DNA of 63,966 nucleotides, counting the filler, from Reticulomyxa filosa (Eukaryota; Protista; Foraminifera), in the NCBI GenBank assembly GCA_000512085.1. It is 10 parts of 10 records of this genome, joined end to end, with 100 filler letters (N's around TTAATTAATTAA, not from the genome) between each part and the next. Parts side by side here need not be neighbours in the genome. Positions count along the whole stretch, not along the records: positions 1 to 27,789 come from ASPP01018869.1; positions 27,890 to 32,656 come from ASPP01023464.1; 8 more parts are not named here. The stretch is one strand, 5' to 3'. Below, one piece after another: positions 13,879-29,326 of the stretch. The translations under genes were made by a program, and so were the position numbers. Position 1 is the stretch's first letter. Each line of letters opens with the position of its first letter. The notes below the pieces were generated by a model that worked only from the letters and a program-made list of their open reading frames with translations, was not told where the DNA came from and searched no databases.

Positions 13879-14460
13879 CGCTGCTTTCAGTTCCGTCTCT
13901 TTTTTTTCTTTGTCACTATTCGCTTGGTCTTGATTCGCCAAGGTCGCCTGCAGCTTTTCTGGTGGCATTACAAGTCCGACGCCAGGAACGCTTATTGGAA
14001 GTTTGGTTGTCGGCGTAGGCGTAGGCGTAGATGTAGATGTAGGTGTTGGTCCTTTTGCTTCCGTCTTTTTCGGGTCTTCCGACTCCTTTTTCTCTGTTGC
14101 TTGCGGCTCATGTGTCGGTTTGGTAGACGGCTCTTCTTTAGTCACATTGACCCCTCCTGATGGTGTCCCTTTGCTGTCAGAGGGCTTAGGCTCGTCTTTT
14201 GTCTTCTCCTTCTCAGGAGCTGGCGACATGGATGGTGTTGCTATTGATGATGATGTTGATGATGATGTTGATGATATTGATGTTGGTGGTGACGATGTTG
14301 CTGCTGTTGCACTCGTCTCATGAGACAACGGACTGGAAATTTCCCGATTATTTGTTGTTGCATTCTCGGCTGAGGTTTTGTTTTCCATTTTTGTTGATTG
14401 TGTTGTGGTGCAGTCATTTGTTACTTTTTTTTTTTCATTGTTTTGGGTTGTGCAAAACAA
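11045..14460 (-). CDS. Popeye-domain / cyclic-nucleotide-binding membrane protein with ~600 aa T/Q/E/K low-complexity N-terminus; multi-exon; true start probably further upstream
   Basis: TM block [55 protein letters not shown]. cNMP-like strands [37 protein letters not shown]. Helical C-terminus [22 protein letters not shown]. Joined by GT..AG introns, with a 1-nt frameshift near 11802. Confidence 0.75.
11677..11731. repeat. (GAGATT)n hexamer microsatellite encoding a Ser-Gln repeat in the Popeye gene
   Basis: Direct reading of the sequence. Confidence 0.9.
12740..13880. repeat. Coding microsatellite cluster, (TTG)n and (TGTGTT)n, giving poly-Q, poly-T and QT/QA repeats
   Basis: Direct reading. 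Explains the many spurious overlapping ORFs here. Confidence 0.9.
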
Positions 14461-14924
14461 AATGAGGAGCGATGGACAGGGTTGCCATTTCTTAGGTTTT
14501 GATGACAGACTGATTGATTTTTATTCAAGTGTCCTTTTGCTGTTGGCCTCCATCGACACAATTGACGTGAAATCTTATAAAATGACATACAAGAACTGCT
14601 TCGTGTTTTTTTTTTTTTAGCCGTATGTATGTATTACGCTTTTTTTTTTTCCTCTTTAAGAGCCTAGATATGAATGCGTACGTTCAACGACTGAGAACTG
14701 CCCTTTTTCCCCCTCCTTTCAACTTCTATCCGTTTTGCTGTTGCATTACCCAAAGAGTTTATAAATTATTTGTTCAAAACTAATTCTCTCATTTTCACAA
14801 AGGTCGCTTTTAGAAGTTTCAGTTTCTTGTGCAATTTTGTGAACGCAACCCTCTTCATACTTTATTAATAATAAAGGTCTTAAGTGAAAAATCATTCCAT
14901 TAAATACCTATTTCGAGCAAATAC

Positions 14925-17289
14925 ATGCAAATTCAACTTTTAGATGATGAAAGTCAAGCATATGACACGTTTTCAGACAACAAGACAGTTGAACCAGACG
15001 AAGAAAAAGATAATAAATTGGAGTCGGACCCTTCTTCAGGGGTATGGACTTTTGTTTTGTAAGAGATTTTAAAAATATGAAAGTGATCACAACAGAAAAA
15101 AAAAAATGTGTACATAATAACAACAAAAGATAGATGATATCAATATAAAAACGCCATCGTTTCGTTCACCAAAAGAAATCGAAAAATTTCTAAATGCATA
15201 TTCGCTAGATTTTAGTTGGAGTGAGATATTGGTGGCAATATTTACAATGTTTTCCATTGTGTTCAATGTGTTCTTCATAATAACTACGTTTGTGTTATTG
15301 GCATTGGTGGATGAGACAAACAAAGAAAAGTGGAATTTAGTTTGGAGTGCAAGGATTGTTGTAAATGGTGAGTTTGTAGCATTGGTAGGATTAATACTAC
15401 TCAGTGTAAGATATTGGAAGCGTAAGACAACACGTTTAGGATGTATATATGCACTTCGACAATGCAGTGCATTTAATATGTTTTTTAAGTTTTCGTTGTT
15501 TAAATTGTGGCCATTTCTTGTGGCAAGTTACAACAATAGTGACCACGGAGACATGAAATGTACGTTGGAGCTCCTAGAAATTGCGCGACTACATTTGCAC
15601 TCTCCCTCCAAACTATTGGAGAAAATTAGTGAGAAAAAAAATGAACTTGAAGAAAAATGCAAAGGAATTGATTGGGGAATGTTCCAAATCAAAGGTCCAA
15701 ATGCGTATACAAGACCAGTGTTTGCTTTATTGCTCCTAATTAGTATCTTTTTGTGTACAGTTGGAGTTATGTCACTAATATTGAAATTGTCATCCTTGAC
15801 ATTTGTCGCCTCCACTTCCATGAATGAATGGAGTATTATGCAGTGGTATTATTTATTTGGGTTTATTAATCAGCTATGGACCATGATCAATACCAATCAG
15901 GTAAAAAATACTGCCATGCTTGAATTGCTAAGTTTCAACGATCAGAAAATGCGAGTGGATCGATGGTCCTTCAAGCGAATCTTGGAATTTCGAAACGTCA
16001 TCCGAGGCTGCTTGACTGACAAATACGGGTTCATTGGATACATGTTTGCAATCAATTTGCCGTCTTCTCTATTTCTCCGGATATTAATCAAAAATCCTTT
16101 TCTTTTGTCCGATTCCAATCCCCCAAAGAAGGAGGAAAATAATGTGGAGGAGAAAGAAGAAAAAAAGATAGAGGAAAACATGAAAGTGCAAGCAGAAAAT
16201 AGCTTGTACGCACGTGCAAGGTTAAAGATACAAAAGTTAAAGGAGAATATTACACAGCAAAAACCTGTAAAAATTGATTATGTTAAGCAAGTGAATGCAT
16301 TGCTGAAGTTACAATACTGCAATTTGGATAATGTTACTGTGATTGAAAATCCATTGATTTTTGTTGATTCTTGCGTGCACATCTTCGAATACGTCATGAA
16401 ATTTTTTGTACTTCTGCCTCTGTGCCTTGGCATGGGAGCGATCATTTTCACGATTTGGAGCTATGTTGCATACTTCCCACAACTCCAAGAAACTGTCTGC
16501 CAAACGATCGCTCTTCAGAGCGTGTTGCAGGCAAATCTATTTGGCTTGTGCATTGCCTTTGGTTGGCTTTGTTTATTTATGCTGTGTTACATGTGCTGTT
16601 TTATGAATTTTCGTTGGTTCAAATTTTATCTCTTTATGTGCGGAATTATTTTTTTGTATTGTGGCCTTTCCAACTTTCAACTGGCTCCAAATTGCTGGAA
16701 CGGATTGAAAAACAGATTTGTTATCGCCTATTTGGCCATATTATGTATGACCACATTTGCTATAACCTATTTGTTATTTTTTTGGGTAATCGCAAGTATC
16801 TTTGCGGAGGGAATCTTTTTTTTGCTGGTTGTTCTATTCTCGGTTTTGTGGCTTTTATTACCTGCTATATTTTCTTGGCTAATCATGACTTGGGGCATTA
16901 TAAATACTATTCTGGGAATTCTACACAGTGATGGCAAATGCAACTTGTTGTGGAGCTGTTCATTGTTTGTCAATTTTTGTTTTCTGCTATATTATTGTAA
17001 TTATATTGTCAAATATATCACTCGTCAATCCCCTCCCTCCCGATTTCATATTCAATCTATTTTGGCAACTATTTTGAGTTGGTGGTTAATTAAATTCGTT
17101 TTGATCCAATTCGCACATCAGCCGACATGGTGGACTAACTGTGATTACACTTTTGAGCACTACATTGAATTTTTTGGTGCTGTCCTGATTGTACAGCACA
17201 AAACTTTTTCATCTCGTTTTAAAAACTTTTTCTCGTTTTTGGAATATCCTTTTGTTTTAAGCTTTGTCTCAGTTTTAACTCCAGTTTAA
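14925..17289 (+). CDS. Hypothetical polytopic membrane protein (many TM helices); short first exon plus long second exon
   Basis: 686 aa ORF rich in hydrophobic segments. Upstream exon MQIQLLDDESQAY..DPSSG followed by a GTATGG..GATAG intron. Confidence 0.7.
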
Positions 17290-17688
17290 TTAAGGCACTT
17301 TAATTTTTTTAATAGTATCTTTTTGCTAACACAACGCACGACGTTCAACGACATCACAAAAATGAATTTCAATTGAGAACATTTGATATTTAGAAAAAAA
17401 TAATATTCTGAAATAAAAGAGTTGAAAATGCTGACAAATTAAGATTTGATGCCTTTCGCTTGTAAATCAAACAAAGAAAAAAATAGAGAGGAGTTTCGAG
17501 CAAATTCAAATATCATTGATTGTTTGTTTTACCTAATGGCTCAAATTTGGGTTTCTCATTCACCACATTCCAAGCACAAAATTGACGACCCCCAACACAT
17601 TAAAAAATATCTTTTGGTTGTTCGCAGTATTAAATATTAAAAAAAACAAAAACAAGCAAAACAAAAAAAAACAATTAAAATCTTTGAA

Positions 17689-19894
17689 CTAAAATTCAAA
17701 TTTATTTTTGATACGATTACTTTGGTCGTTACCTTCATTAAATACAACTAGTTCATCCTCCCTTTCGTCATGACTTTGAAATCCTTTATCATCTCCCTCG
17801 AAATAATTTCGCAATATCTCTTCAGCTTTGTCAATTATTTGTTCACTTAGTTTTCGTGTCTGTAACTCTTCCAACTTTGAACAAAATATGACATCACAGC
17901 AATTCAAAAAAACAAGCGTATGTGTATACATTGTGCAAAGAATTTGAAAAATGGAATATGTACATATAAATATATATGTATATAATTAACGGCGTCAATT
18001 CCTTTTCCCTCTTCAACAAATCTTGCACAGGCATTGACACCACCATTGAGACTTTTTTCTTTTTCACCCAATTCACAAATATTTCGGATCGCTTCCAACG
18101 CTACTGCCAGTGTTCGTTCATGATCACTTTCAAGCAAGACTTTGACCAATCCAGGAATTAAGCCCTGGCCCACCAGAAACCGAACTTGTTTGGAAGTGCC
18201 AATACTGGTGGCATTGGACAAAGCCCAAGCAGCTTCTTGTCGAACCATTGCATGTCCAGTGGTCAACAAGAAAATTAGTGGATGTATCAAATTGGCTTGA
18301 ATTACTTGTTCCACATGATCTGAGTTCGTGGCCGTTATATTGGACACTGTCCAACATGCTTCTTTTCGAATGGTGTTTACACTGGATTCAAGAGAAGGTG
18401 ATAATTTCTTCAGCATTCCACAATTGAGTACTCTCTGTTTATTATTGTTATCATTTATTGTGTCATTAGTTTGTGGGGTGTATTGAGATAGTGCGCTTTC
18501 TTTCAGCAAACAAAAAAAGTAAACAAACGTGGATCAACTTGTGTCTGTTCATCATTCCCAGTGACCATGTTACCAATACAACGCAAAACGGGATGTTGTA
18601 TCAATGGTGAGGAATGAGACAACAAATTTACTAGTTTGGGTAGAGCGTCACTTGTTTGAATGAAGTCGATCCGTTGAGAGTCGTTCATATCCGGTTCGAT
18701 TGCGAGTGGGTCATCCGCGTCATCGTCATTGTCTGTCAAATAACTGAATGCCCATGTGGCGTCTTGTAGTATTTCCTCGTCCAAAGAGTCGAGGAACGGA
18801 ATTAACGCAGGAACGCATTTTTGAATCGTCGCACGAGGGGGAGGGGGTTTCCCACGGCAAAAATTGCTCAATGTCCAACATACAGTGCGAAGTAGTGGGG
18901 TTTGTTTGCTGTCGCTTGGGTTTGCCAAGTCCTCTAAGCGGGGAATGAGTTTGGTCAGCCCTCCTGCGTCCAGTACTAAATTTCGGCATTCTGGGCTATC
19001 TCCACTTATGTTGCCCAGTGCCCACAGTGCTTGTTCAAACACCGCCTCATTTTGGGTGGTCTCAATCAATTGCACAAACGCAGGAATCGCATCTGCGCAT
19101 TATTAAAAACATTTTTTTTTTTTTTTAATGTTAGCCAATGGGTAAACAAAAAAGTTTTAAAAAAAAAAGGGGGAAGGGGAAAGGAACTTGAACTTAAACT
19201 TAAAGTTTAAGTTAAGTTTTTATATTTTCCCAAACTATGTCTGATGACGCAGGCAGTATGCTCGGTGCTTCCTGATGCAATGTTCGTCAGGGCCCATGCA
19301 GCTTCGAACTGTATCTTTTCTGACTTGCTGAATCTACAGAACTCTACAAGACGTGGTACAACGCCAGACCGGATAACCTGGTCAGTTGGTGGATTTTTTT
19401 CTATTGACAACAACTGACGAATTCGCAAACAACACTTGTAATTGGTGTCTTCATGATCCATTTGGCATCCTTTTACGTACTCGTCCAATTGCTTCAACTT
19501 TTCAAATCAGTAAACCCCCATCAAAAAATAAAAATAAAAATAAAAAGGTTCAGTTTTTTTTTAATCACATCGGGAGTCTTCAGGGACATATTTTCACTTT
19601 TTTCCTTTTTTTGACGTATGTGTGATTGTGTAAAAATAAATAGTCGAAAACTGTTTCTTGGGACAATTTGTCGATTTGTTGCGAGTCATTTGAGTCGTCT
19701 GAATGCCCTGGCTGATAATTCCTGCCCACACCATCATAGGCCTGTAACACCACTCTTCTCTTTTTTAAGATTTGCGATCTTTGTTGTTTTCTCAGAAGAA
19801 ATCTTTCTTCTTCTCGTGAGCGGCGTTTTTCATCCATATCCAAACCTTTTTGGAAGTCTCTTTGAATGGATGAGGCATTCTTATCATTGAACAT
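17689..19894 (-). CDS. KPNA: Importin subunit alpha (IBB domain + ARM repeats), 5 exons
   Basis: IBB KRRSREE..LRKQQR..KKRR; QFEAAWALTNIASG; EQALWALGNISGDS; WTLSNFCRGKPPP; IRKEACWTVSNIT; four in-frame GT..AG introns. Confidence 0.96.
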
Positions 19895-20355
19895 TGCAAT
19901 GGTGGGTATTTTTGAACAACAAAAAATTTAAATTTGCGACGCTCACAAAGTTCGGATGTCAGTCAAAAGGACAAATCTTTACGTTAATATAAAATATTTG
20001 TCATAATTTTTATTTGTTATTTCTTTCCTGTTTTGTCATCCGATTTTTTGAGAAAAATTTGATCAATGTTAATTTATCAAATAATTAGACCAAAACTCAG
20101 GCCACCACGTACTAAATAAAACTTAACTTTTTATGCAAAAGTCAATTTCTTTTTTTGAAGATAAAAAATAAAGCATTTTTGTCTAACTTGTTTATGTCCT
20201 GGAGGACAGCAAGGAATGTTCGTAGTACTTTAAAAAACTGAGAAAACAACTTTTGAGCGTCTAAACGTAAAGCTTTACTTCTTTTGAAAGTGTTGTGTTG
20301 AACCAGGAATTCTTTTTTGTTAAGTTTTCTAGGTTTAAAAAAACAAATTATAAAC

Positions 20356-20889
20356 ATGAAACAACTTTTTTCCTGGTGCTTCAATGTTCCAAAATATCGA
20401 CTTGGTAAATCAGTCGCAAATAAACACTTCACAACGCTACTGAAATCAACACAACACCAGAACCAGATTGACAAACTTAACAAAATGAAAAAAGAAATTT
20501 TTGAAAACAGAGATCACTTGAAAATAAAAAACTTAAGCGTTCATGGTTATATTGGCGATACTCCAGTGGAAAGACAACTAGGACAGCGCTTTGATATTTC
20601 TCTGTGGTTATACTTTGACAGTAACCAATGTGCACAAAGTGATCGGTTGACAGATACTATTGATTATTGTTCTATATGTGCTGATGTTAGACAATATATA
20701 AATGCATATGAATCACAGTGCGAAATGATCGAAAAAGCGTGTGAAGATATTTCCAAATTACTTTTCAAAAAATACAAAATCTTAGAAGGCTTGAAAGTTA
20801 CAATATGCAAGCCTAATGTTATTGATGTGTCATTTTGTAATGGAATTGAATTTACAATTTCCCGAATCAGAGAAAATTATCAACTTTAG
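20356..20889 (+). CDS. folB: Dihydroneopterin aldolase, stand-alone and intronless, with putative mitochondrial presequence
   Basis: DHLKIKNLSVHGYIG..ERQLGQRFDISL..SDRLTDTIDY..MIEK..KVTICKP; basic N-terminal extension poor in acidic residues. Confidence 0.9.
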   Translation: MKQLFSWCFNVPKYRLGKSVANKHFTTLLKSTQHQNQIDKLNKMKKEIFENRDHLKIKNLSVHGYIGDTPVERQLGQRFDISLWLYFDSNQCAQSDRLTDTIDYCSICADVRQYINAYESQCEMIEKACEDISKLLFKKYKILEGLKVTICKPNVIDVSFCNGIEFTISRIRENYQL

Positions 20890-21425
20890 TTATTTTTTTT
20901 GGTCGGTTTATTTTTCTACTTTTTTTCATTATTACTCAATTTTAACCGTGGAGTTGTGCTCTCTCTTCCATTTTGGGAGAAAAACTGTTTTTTTGATTAT
21001 ATAATTTTGCTCGATTTTTGTTTTCTTAATAAAAAAGTGTTTATTTGCCTGAAAATTTCTACTTGACAAACTAGGTTCAGATTTGATATTATAGAGTGAC
21101 TGCTTATGCATCTTATAATTTGCGAACAAAGGAACAAAGCATCTGCTAATAATTTTTTTTTGTCGAAAGAAAAAAAACAAAAAAGCTTAAAATGTAAAAG
21201 TGGCTGATTTTGTTTTTAAAAATTCACTTTCATAATTAATTGCACCACAAAATATGTTTTCATTACACTTTCACAATGGAGGTAGTATGTGGTGGCTCTA
21301 TCCATAGTATTATAATTTTTAAAATTGCTTGCCATGTTTTACCTAAAACAAAACATGCTGTTTACACTTTTCAAGCTAAAACAGCTTAAATTCAGGGGTT
21401 TTCGAAGAGGTTCTGCATAACATCA

Positions 21426-23049
<1,624 letters not shown>

Positions 23050-23605
23050 AATGACACTTGTTTCTTCACTTTAGCTGGAATAGATTCTTGTTTTAAGAAA
23101 AAAGTAAAGAGTTGGGGTTATTAATTCTTTGAGTTATTTCACTGTAAAAAGTTTTGTTTTCTTCTTAAAAGTTGCTACACAAGACCCTCGTTATCACTAT
23201 TCTCATAACCCATAAAAAGTACTTTTTTTATTATATCAGCTGATCTAAAGTTCTTGATTTCAGATTTCATTTCAAAAATATCTTCTTGCTTAATTGCAAC
23301 ATTGAGACTCTTGCAATGAGAAAGAACTTTGCACTAAGACTTTTCGTTCAACTTTTCTTGTTTGTATTTGTTGGATGTAATTTCTTTTTTATTGAATTTA
23401 GCAAATTACCTTTCACACTATTTAGCCGCTCTATGGTAAGAGAACGCAAAGGATGGATAAAATTGTAAACATTTTGAGGAGCATTTGAAAATAAGAGAAA
23501 AGTGAATAAACATTTGAACTCACAACTCAAATTTTGGTTTCAAATTTTTAAAGACAACAGAAGATACCAAGAAAAGTTTTGTAAGCATTGAAGAGAAAGT
23601 ATGTT

Positions 23606-24651
<1,046 letters not shown>

Positions 24652-25154
24652 CTTTATATATTGAAGTTGATATTCCTTGCTTTGTTTATTTAAAAAAAGC
24701 GGAAGGAACCCCTACGCTCAAGTTAAAGCGTGACCAATATTTCAACTTTTCTGTCTCGCTTTAAAGTTCTTTTCGTTGTTGTCCTCCTAAAAAAATGTTT
24801 TCGTATTGAACTTTATTTTTAAGAATTAAAATATTTAGTCACTTTATAGAACTCGTGCCCAATATGCGCTGGAAAATGTAATGTTGCATCCTTGTCGATT
24901 GTGATCCAACAAATTGTTTGGCATGAAACAAATTCAAACAACCATAAGCGATTCTGAGAATCACGGAGCTGTTAAAAGCAGTAAAGTGAAGCATTCAATT
25001 CAAAATTGTGTTAAAGAATTATCAAGTCCAAAAATACAACAAGAGAATAAGCAGTATATGAAGGAGAAAACCTGACACTGAACCTTCTTAGGTTAACTTT
25101 ATTCTCTTTCTTTTTCCCTCAAAAACCAAAAAAAAGTGACAGAGTTGTATTGAT

Positions 25155-26614
25155 ATGAAAAAATTAACAACATTTTTTGCTGGTTCGAAGCAAACCGATA
25201 TTGTGGAGACCACTCTGAAGCATTTGGCTCAACTAGACGACACGAACAAGCGCAGTTTCGCTACCGAAAAACTGTCTGAAGATTTGAAGACACTTCAATT
25301 TTTGTTGTATGGCGACCCGGACCATGAAGCAGATGCCGAAGAAGTAAAAAAGTTGACACCATTGATACTGGAAACCGACAAAAACGGGCACAATTTATTT
25401 TACAAATTGTGTAAATATATGAAAGAATTACCATTCGAAGCCAAAAAACAAGCAGCTCAAGTGATCTGTTTTATGGTGCGGCGATGTAACAAAAATGATT
25501 TGCCGGAGTATTTACAGAATCACAAAGACATATTTCAATTTTTAATTGAAGGGTTTGAAGATCACCAATTGGCCCAACATGCCGGTAGCGTGTTACAAGA
25601 AATGGCAAAACGTAGTGAAATTGGCGTAATGCTTTTTGATATTCCGTGTCATTTCAACAAGCTGTCAAGCACCATTATTTTCAAGCCGTCTTCTCTCACT
25701 AAAAGTACATCACTTTTTATGGACAAGTTGTGTGATTGAACGATATAAAGGAGGGGTAAACTAAAAAAAAAAAAAGTTGTTTTCAAAAAACTAAAAAGGG
25801 GGAAGAAAAAAAAGCTTCGTTTTTTTTTCTCCCTCTCCCTGAAATTAAAAAAAAAAAACTAATAAACAACAGAGATGCACTTGCAAAGATGGTGGCTGAA
25901 GAAAGTAAGGCTGCTGAAGCAGAAAGTGACCGAAGTGATGCAAACACGAAATCCACAAATGAAGACGTCAAAAAAGATGAGGCAAATGCTACAGATGCGC
26001 AAAAAAATGGGTGTTTGGAGATAACTACTCAAGACAGTGGCGGTATTGAGACCACTTTGACTGCAAAAGATATAATTACGCAACTATTTATATATGCTCA
26101 TAATCCCAATATGATCATTGCTAGTGATGCGTTTGAGGTATTGAGCATACTGCTAAATAAACACGAAAGTCGCAGCAAGCGATATATAGAAGAACACTTT
26201 GAAGAGGTTATTAGTTATTTCAATGGATCGGTAATGAGCGAAAATTATGTAACTCAAGGAAAATTTTTGAAATTGTTGGGAGATGTGTTACTCTCCAAAC
26301 ACAACAGTAAAATTCGACTCATGTATATTACAGATAGAAACAACTTACGTATTTTTATGACTTTGTTGAAGAACACTTCAAGATTGATTAGCTATGAATC
26401 ATTTCACGTTTTCAAATTATTTGTTGTCAATCCTGCCAAGTCTGATGACGTTCATATCATATTATTCAAAAATCGAGAAAAATTGGTCAAATTGTTGGAA
26501 GAATTTCAAACTCAAAGAGGAGAAACTGATGCTGAATTTAGACGAGAGAAAGAAATCGTCATTGAACATTTGAAAAACATGGAAAAACCACAAATCCAAG
26601 AGAAAAAAACATGA
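25155..26614 (+). CDS. CAB39: MO25 / calcium-binding protein 39 family, 2 exons
   Basis: LLYGDPDHE, LPFEAKK, IASDAF, SENYVTQ..LKLLGDVLL, ESFHVFKLFVVNP, ILFKNREKL. Confidence 0.92.
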
Positions 26615-27009
26615 AAGGAAGATGCGCCACAAGACAATGCAGAAGCTGCAGGTGGCAAAACATAATTGTGGTGCAGAGTTGTAATAATGTAACAGTTCAT
26701 TTTTTCTTTTTGGTGAACTTGGATAAAATAACAATTCTGTTTGGATGGTATTTTTTTCTTTTCAATTTGATAACTTTTTTAAGTAATTCTTGTTAATCGA
26801 TATTATGTACGTAAATGCTTCACAGCAAATATTCTGAAATTGCTTGAAAGGCACAATTCGAAATCTTTTAAATTTATGATAGGAAATCAATGTGATAAAT
26901 GCATTTCTTCATGAGGGACCAAGTTGCGCACAACTCATGCAATTTGTAGAGTTTTTTTTAAAAAAGAAACTCACAAAACAAAAAGTCGTCTCTGTACAAT
27001 TTAACTTGT

Positions 27010-27720
27010 TTATGGTTTTAATGCCTCATTATGTACCGCATCTTGAATAAGAGCAATGGCAATAGAAATTTGTTGAGGCGTGCCAGATATAGTGATATGT
27101 CTCTCTTCACGTGTTGGCACACTGCTGTCGATTTGTATGGTTGCTTGTGATTTTAGTCGGATATTTTGGATATTTCTTCCTTGTCGTCCTATGATACTTC
27201 CGACCATTTTGGTTGGAACTGGAATTACTACAGGAGCCACCGGACCGTTTTGGGCAAGTTGATGGACTTGGCCTTTTGTGGAAATGTGTGTGTATGTGAA
27301 TATGAATTATGCACATTACTCATGTTACACTCCTCTACCGTATCCGATTCCGGTTAACTGTCAAGTGCGGTTAAATACCCTAACGGTTGATAGGCAGCTC
27401 CAAGATGAGCTTGTCCGTAATCAGAATCTTCCCCATACCTATGAAGTGAGAAGGCTAGAGGTTGGGTCGGGTGACCAGTGTAATAAAAGTTTCCAAATCC
27501 ACTCGACGATGTTCCTGCTGGAACACCCGAATCTCCTTGCAAAACCATTTGTCGAGAACGATAAGAAGAGTTTGCGTTATGTCTATACAACATTATATGA
27601 AACAAACTTAGGAGAAAGAGAAAACGAGAAAAGTAAAACAAGTCAAGTATTACCAAACCTGTTTAAAAAATCCTCCGACACGCCCTCGGCTGAGAGAAAT
27701 GCATGTTTTACGTCCTGTCA
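27010..27720 (-). CDS. KH-domain RNA-binding protein, 3' part (5' end lost in gap)
   Basis: IPVPTKMVGSIIGRQGRNIQNIRLKSQATIQI..ERHITISGTPQQI: type-I KH domain with GxxG loop. Confidence 0.85.
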
Positions 27721-27789
27721 TAAGAAACAAAGAACAAAAGTTCAGAAATGTAGATCTTTCGATAAATAAATAATTAAAAAAAACAAACA

Positions 27790-27889
27790 NNNNNNNNNNN
27801 NNNNNNNNNNNNNNNNNNNNNNNNNNNNNNNNNTTAATTAATTAANNNNNNNNNNNNNNNNNNNNNNNNNNNNNNNNNNNNNNNNNNNN
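27790..27889. other. Artificial scaffold linker N44-TTAATTAATTAA-N44; identical linkers at 32657-32756, 39476-39575, 50601-50700, 52334-52433, 56695-56794, 59268-59367, 61453-61552, 62846-62945
   Basis: All are 100 nt with the same six-frame-stop palindrome, mostly abutting microsatellites or homopolymers. Confidence 0.98.
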
Positions 27890-28976
27890 AAACAAACAAA
27901 CAAACAAACAAACAAACAAATGCAAAGTCGTGTCGATTTGTTTTTGGATTGTCGTGCGAAGTTGGTAACGATGAATTAGTAGTTGCTTTGTGGTGGTTGT
28001 CAAAGAAACGTTGGACAATGAAATTAGTGGACTACCATCAGATGGTACAATACTGTCGCCGCAAGTATCCAAAAGGGAGTCCCTTAATGACGCAGATATT
28101 GCTGACACAACGCACGCGAATCGACTGGATAGCCGAGTCCACAAAACCGATTTTCAATCGAAAGGCGAAGAGACCACCCATTCCCTGGTCTGTAAAGATT
28201 CCTCGGGCCATGTGGAAATATATGTGTGACGCATTGGTGAAGCCTGACCCATCCAGCGAAACGCTGCAGCACTTTGATGCGTTGGTGAAGCAGGAGGTGG
28301 AGTATCAATTGCTTCGACATCGTGTTCGCAAGCCTACGTATTCGTCCTTCTGTAGCCCTGATGAGTTGAAAGAAAAAGAGTTGTATTGCTATTTAGAAAT
28401 GGCCAAAAACAATTGGCTCACCTTGCAACTGCGAAATAATATTTGTTCTGCGGTTTCGTGGTCTGATATCTTGGCTTGTTGGATATTTAAAAAAAACTAT
28501 GATCATATCATTTGCTATTCATTATTTATCATAGATACAGTTTTGCTTTTTTTTTTTTTTTTTTGTACATACCTTTTTTTTTTAAAGAAGGTACACTCAC
28601 TCTTCAGGGTTACTCCTTTTTTTTGTTTCTTATGAACATACAGTGCAAAGCGACAGAGAATAGCACCGCGTTATGCTCTTTTATTAAATTTTTGAAAGAA
28701 ATAATTATTTATAAAGAAAAAGTAATACCTCCATTGTTTGTTTGGATGATCAATCTTGCACTCCATGTTTTATCTCACAATTTGAACAAAACACAAAATG
28801 CTCAGCTGTTTGTAAAGCAACTGAACCGGTTGTTTAGTTTAAACCTTTCCACCACATTTTCCGTTAACTCACAAACCAGAGCCTGCCACCTTGAAGATTG
28901 CGAGTTGATAGAGCTCATCGCCAGTCGACATCTGTCTTCAAAACATTCATCTCATCATATCACCGACACAAAATAA
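27890..28976 (+). CDS. Hypothetical protein, 3' part (5' end lost in gap)
   Basis: Protein-like ORFs 27990-28229, 27949-28635 and 28512-28976 separated by a T-rich intron-like segment. No family recognised. Confidence 0.5.
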
Positions 28977-29261
28977 TTAATCCTTGACTTTTTTGTTTGC
29001 ATTCTTTTTGTGGGCTATTGTTCGTCTAAAATAAATACTATTTGAAACAAGGCAATATCTCAATTTTTTTCTTTATGAAGATGTAGCAACAAATATCAAA
29101 TGATCATAAAATTTCAAAGTTATGTTGTACAAAGATAATTCGAATCAAAACATAAAATCTTTCAACCTTCTGGTTTTATGTTCTGTTAAACTAAAACTGG
29201 TCTGAACTTCAGTTATCCACCTTTGAACTTTCTTTTTAGTTTTTTTGTGTTTTGTTTTAAT

Positions 29262-29326
29262 CTGTTTTTTGTTGGTGCAGCATGCAAATAGTTAACCTGT
29301 TTTTGTTGGTGCAGCATGCAAATAGT
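29262..29326. repeat. Tandem duplication of ~30 bp (CTGTTTTTGTTGGTGCAGCATGCAAATAGT x2)
   Basis: Two near-identical copies separated by TAAC. Confidence 0.9.

Noticed and set aside
12634-14465. Plus-strand poly-Cys/Val/Leu ORFs (e.g. 12653-13588)
   Set aside because: Antisense shadows of coding microsatellites in the minus-strand gene.
27834-27845. Recurrent TTAATTAATTAA palindrome as a biological motif (e.g. piggyBac TTAA target or CRISPR-like repeat)
   Set aside because: Always centred in fixed-length N runs; it is an artificial six-frame-stop scaffold linker.
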